A program made the translations under genes and the position numbers. Of a stretch of 64,000 bases of DNA, positions 61,953-64,000 are shown in pieces (the stretch's first letter is position 1; each line of letters opens with the position of its first letter). Source of the stretch: a virus (Duplodnaviria; Caudoviricetes); IMG/VR virus record IMGVR_UViG_3300028833_000098, positions 45,745 through 109,744 of that record; one strand, written 5' to 3'. The notes under the pieces are model-generated. The model was given only the letters and a program-made list of their open reading frames with translations. It had not been told where the DNA came from and searched no databases.

Positions 61953-62648
61953 TTATTTACCTCCAATCTCTTTCATTACAACATTTGCAATGAACGAAAA
62001 TAATTCAAGATTCGACATCTTATAATCACCAACACGTCCAAATGATATGTAATAATAATCAGGTAGTCTATCCTGTAAATACTTCATCTGAAATCGTGTT
62101 ATATAATCGATAATCGTATCATCATAGTTTTCTATCTTATTGAATATATCACACAGATATTTATGGATACCAAGAGTATGTTGATTTAACAATTCCTTTG
62201 CAACACCTTTATATTCCAGGGTCTCCCCATCATAAAACATTTCAATTCCTTTGAATCTCATATATGATGTCCATGTGTTTGCATGTTTAAATTCAACACC
62301 CTCGATGTTATTGACTATCCTCTTCTTTGAATCAAATATACATGCATCAGAATGTAATGATACAACATTTGATTCATCTAACCCATTTGTTTCTAAGAAT
62401 TTTCTACGTGTTTCCAACTCACATTGTATTAGACGCTGGGAGAATTCTTTATTATCTTTTTGGATCAATCCTACTTCTCGGGTTCTTTGTTCTTTTGGCA
62501 TTCTTTTAAGCTTTTCTATAATACTCTTGTCTAATAAGTTATATCGTTCGGATATACTTACCGACATAGCTTTCATATCATATTCTACTATATTAGCATG
62601 AAACAAAAACTGAATATCTGGATTGAACCACATGAGTTTTTCATTCAT
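61953..62648 (-). CDS. Short family-B DNA polymerase-like palm fragment
   Basis: IVEYDMKAMSVSI (motif A-like) and SLHSDACIF (motif C-like). Confidence 0.55.
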   Translation of the reverse strand: MNEKLMWFNPDIQFLFHANIVEYDMKAMSVSISERYNLLDKSIIEKLKRMPKEQRTREVGLIQKDNKEFSQRLIQCELETRRKFLETNGLDESNVVSLHSDACIFDSKKRIVNNIEGVEFKHANTWTSYMRFKGIEMFYDGETLEYKGVAKELLNQHTLGIHKYLCDIFNKIENYDDTIIDYITRFQMKYLQDRLPDYYYISFGRVGDYKMSNLELFSFIANVVMKEIGGK

Positions 62649-62789
62649 ATTCACACAACCTTATCAATAATTTAATAGTATATGATTGTCATATACAAAT
62701 AAATGATATATGTATAGAAATTTAAAATTACATGTATGATTTATTTGTATAATGATACAAATAAAAATCTATATAAAGGAGCATACAAA

Positions 62790-64000
62790 ATGGACGAGAA
62801 TAACAAGTCTAAAGATCCGTTGCTTGATCTCATTAACAAGCATAAAGCTGCATCGGGCGATACTCCGGTACCAACTATAACTAATTCAACACCTCAGATA
62901 CCCGATGATGAAGATATCTACGGTGAGAATGATCAGCAGATTGCGATCGAAGCTGAAGACAGAGCTCGTGAAGAAGCACGTGCTGCTGCGGCTGCAGAAC
63001 AGCAAGCTATTGCAGATGAGGCTGCTGCTAAAACAAGTGGTTTCATGCCTCCTGATGAGAAGGATATGAAATACCATGAACAGGCCATCGGATTCCAGAC
63101 AGAAAAGCTTGCAATTGTAACAACCATGATCAATAAGGTTGTTGCAAAGTATAAGCTTATATCAGGAGGAATTCCTACAGAAATGATGAAGGATAACACA
63201 GGTCGTATTATTCTTGATCAGGTAGCTGTTAAGGCAGAACTCTGTGAATTATATGAGAAGAATGGTGATAAGATAACACCTGAATTCGAAATGATGATTC
63301 TTGATAACTGGATCATGCCTGACAATACACTTGCATCCGAAAACATCGTAGATGGTGTTGTAGTTGATGCTACAATGCAGAATGTTCAGAATAATGGTGA
63401 TGTTTCCAATACTGCATCGGGCAATAAGCCATCCAACGAACCTGTACAGAATCCCACAATCAACATTACTGTTGAGAAGGATACACCTGTCACAGTGAAT
63501 GTTGATGAGAGCGTAACTGCAAACCTGTCATATACAAACCAGGTTGATATTGTTGTAAAGGAAGTTTCTAAGGACGAAATCCTTAAAGCAAATATCATCG
63601 AAAACAGTAATATCGAAGGTATCATTCAGAAGTATGATTCAGGCATCAATGATGTACCTCTCACACTTCCTCTGTCGGGATATCGTTGCGTTGTTCGTTC
63701 AATCAACTGGTTTGACTTTATAAAGCTTGCAGCACCATCTTCAAACAGTCCTGTTGACAACGAGCTCAAGAAGTGGTCTGTAATATATGATCACATCAAG
63801 AATGTTTCAATAGGTGATTTCAAAGATCTTGAAGACTTCATGAGGAAGACAAAGTATCAGGATCGTGAACTTCTCATGTGGGGATTACTCGTTGCTACAT
63901 CAGACGATGAGGAGACCATCGAAGTTCGTTGTGCTAACCCGAGATGTGGTAAACCCATAAGGGTTACATATAATCCTCGTACAATTCATAGTATCGGTGA
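62790..64000 (+). CDS. Partial ORF (over 400 aa), putative baseplate hub assembly protein
   Basis: ATG 62790 after AAAGGAG; appears open to the window end; LPLSGYRCVV and RCANPRCG motifs resemble T4 gp26-like proteins. Confidence 0.5.
   Translation, partial: MDENNKSKDPLLDLINKHKAASGDTPVPTITNSTPQIPDDEDIYGENDQQIAIEAEDRAREEARAAAAAEQQAIADEAAAKTSGFMPPDEKDMKYHEQAIGFQTEKLAIVTTMINKVVAKYKLISGGIPTEMMKDNTGRIILDQVAVKAELCELYEKNGDKITPEFEMMILDNWIMPDNTLASENIVDGVVVDATMQNVQNNGDVSNTASGNKPSNEPVQNPTINITVEKDTPVTVNVDESVTANLSYTNQVDIVVKEVSKDEILKANIIENSNIEGIIQKYDSGINDVPLTLPLSGYRCVVRSINWFDFIKLAAPSSNSPVDNELKKWSVIYDHIKNVSIGDFKDLEDFMRKTKYQDRELLMWGLLVATSDDEETIEVRCANPRCGKPIRVTYNPRTIHSIG

Noticed and set aside
1-64000. CRISPR array, tRNA or rRNA genes
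   Set aside because: No regularly spaced repeats or cloverleaf/T-loop signatures seen in the intergenic regions
1-64000. Stop-codon reassignment
   Set aside because: Long genes are intact in the standard code and coding density is high; the two breaks are frameshifts, not in-frame stops

Overview
A 64-kb, AT-rich segment of a jumbo myovirus of the phiKZ/AR9-like type (split multisubunit RNA polymerase), read in the standard genetic code. It contains a major capsid protein, probable head proteins, a 2.7-kaa tape-measure-like protein with cell-wall hydrolase domains, a baseplate wedge, a large tail-fibre/receptor-binding cluster, tail sheath and tube, two RNAP beta-prime subunits, a type II topoisomerase B subunit, RusA, a 5'-3' exonuclease-like protein, a PolB-like fragment and a BCS1-like AAA ATPase. 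The top finding is a Ruminococcus flavefaciens-style dockerin inside a tail-fibre protein (about 23041-23430). It suggests a phage that docks onto host cellulosome or cell-surface cohesins. The second is a 730-bp unit (51949-52678) bounded by inverted copies of a 28-bp putative early-promoter element. It holds a structured leader with a bulged-G motif, a candidate ring-nuclease anti-CRISPR gene and a convergent small RNA. Two single-base frameshifts (RNAP beta-prime-C and a nearby small gene) are probably sequencing errors. All calls come from reading motifs by eye; no searches were run.
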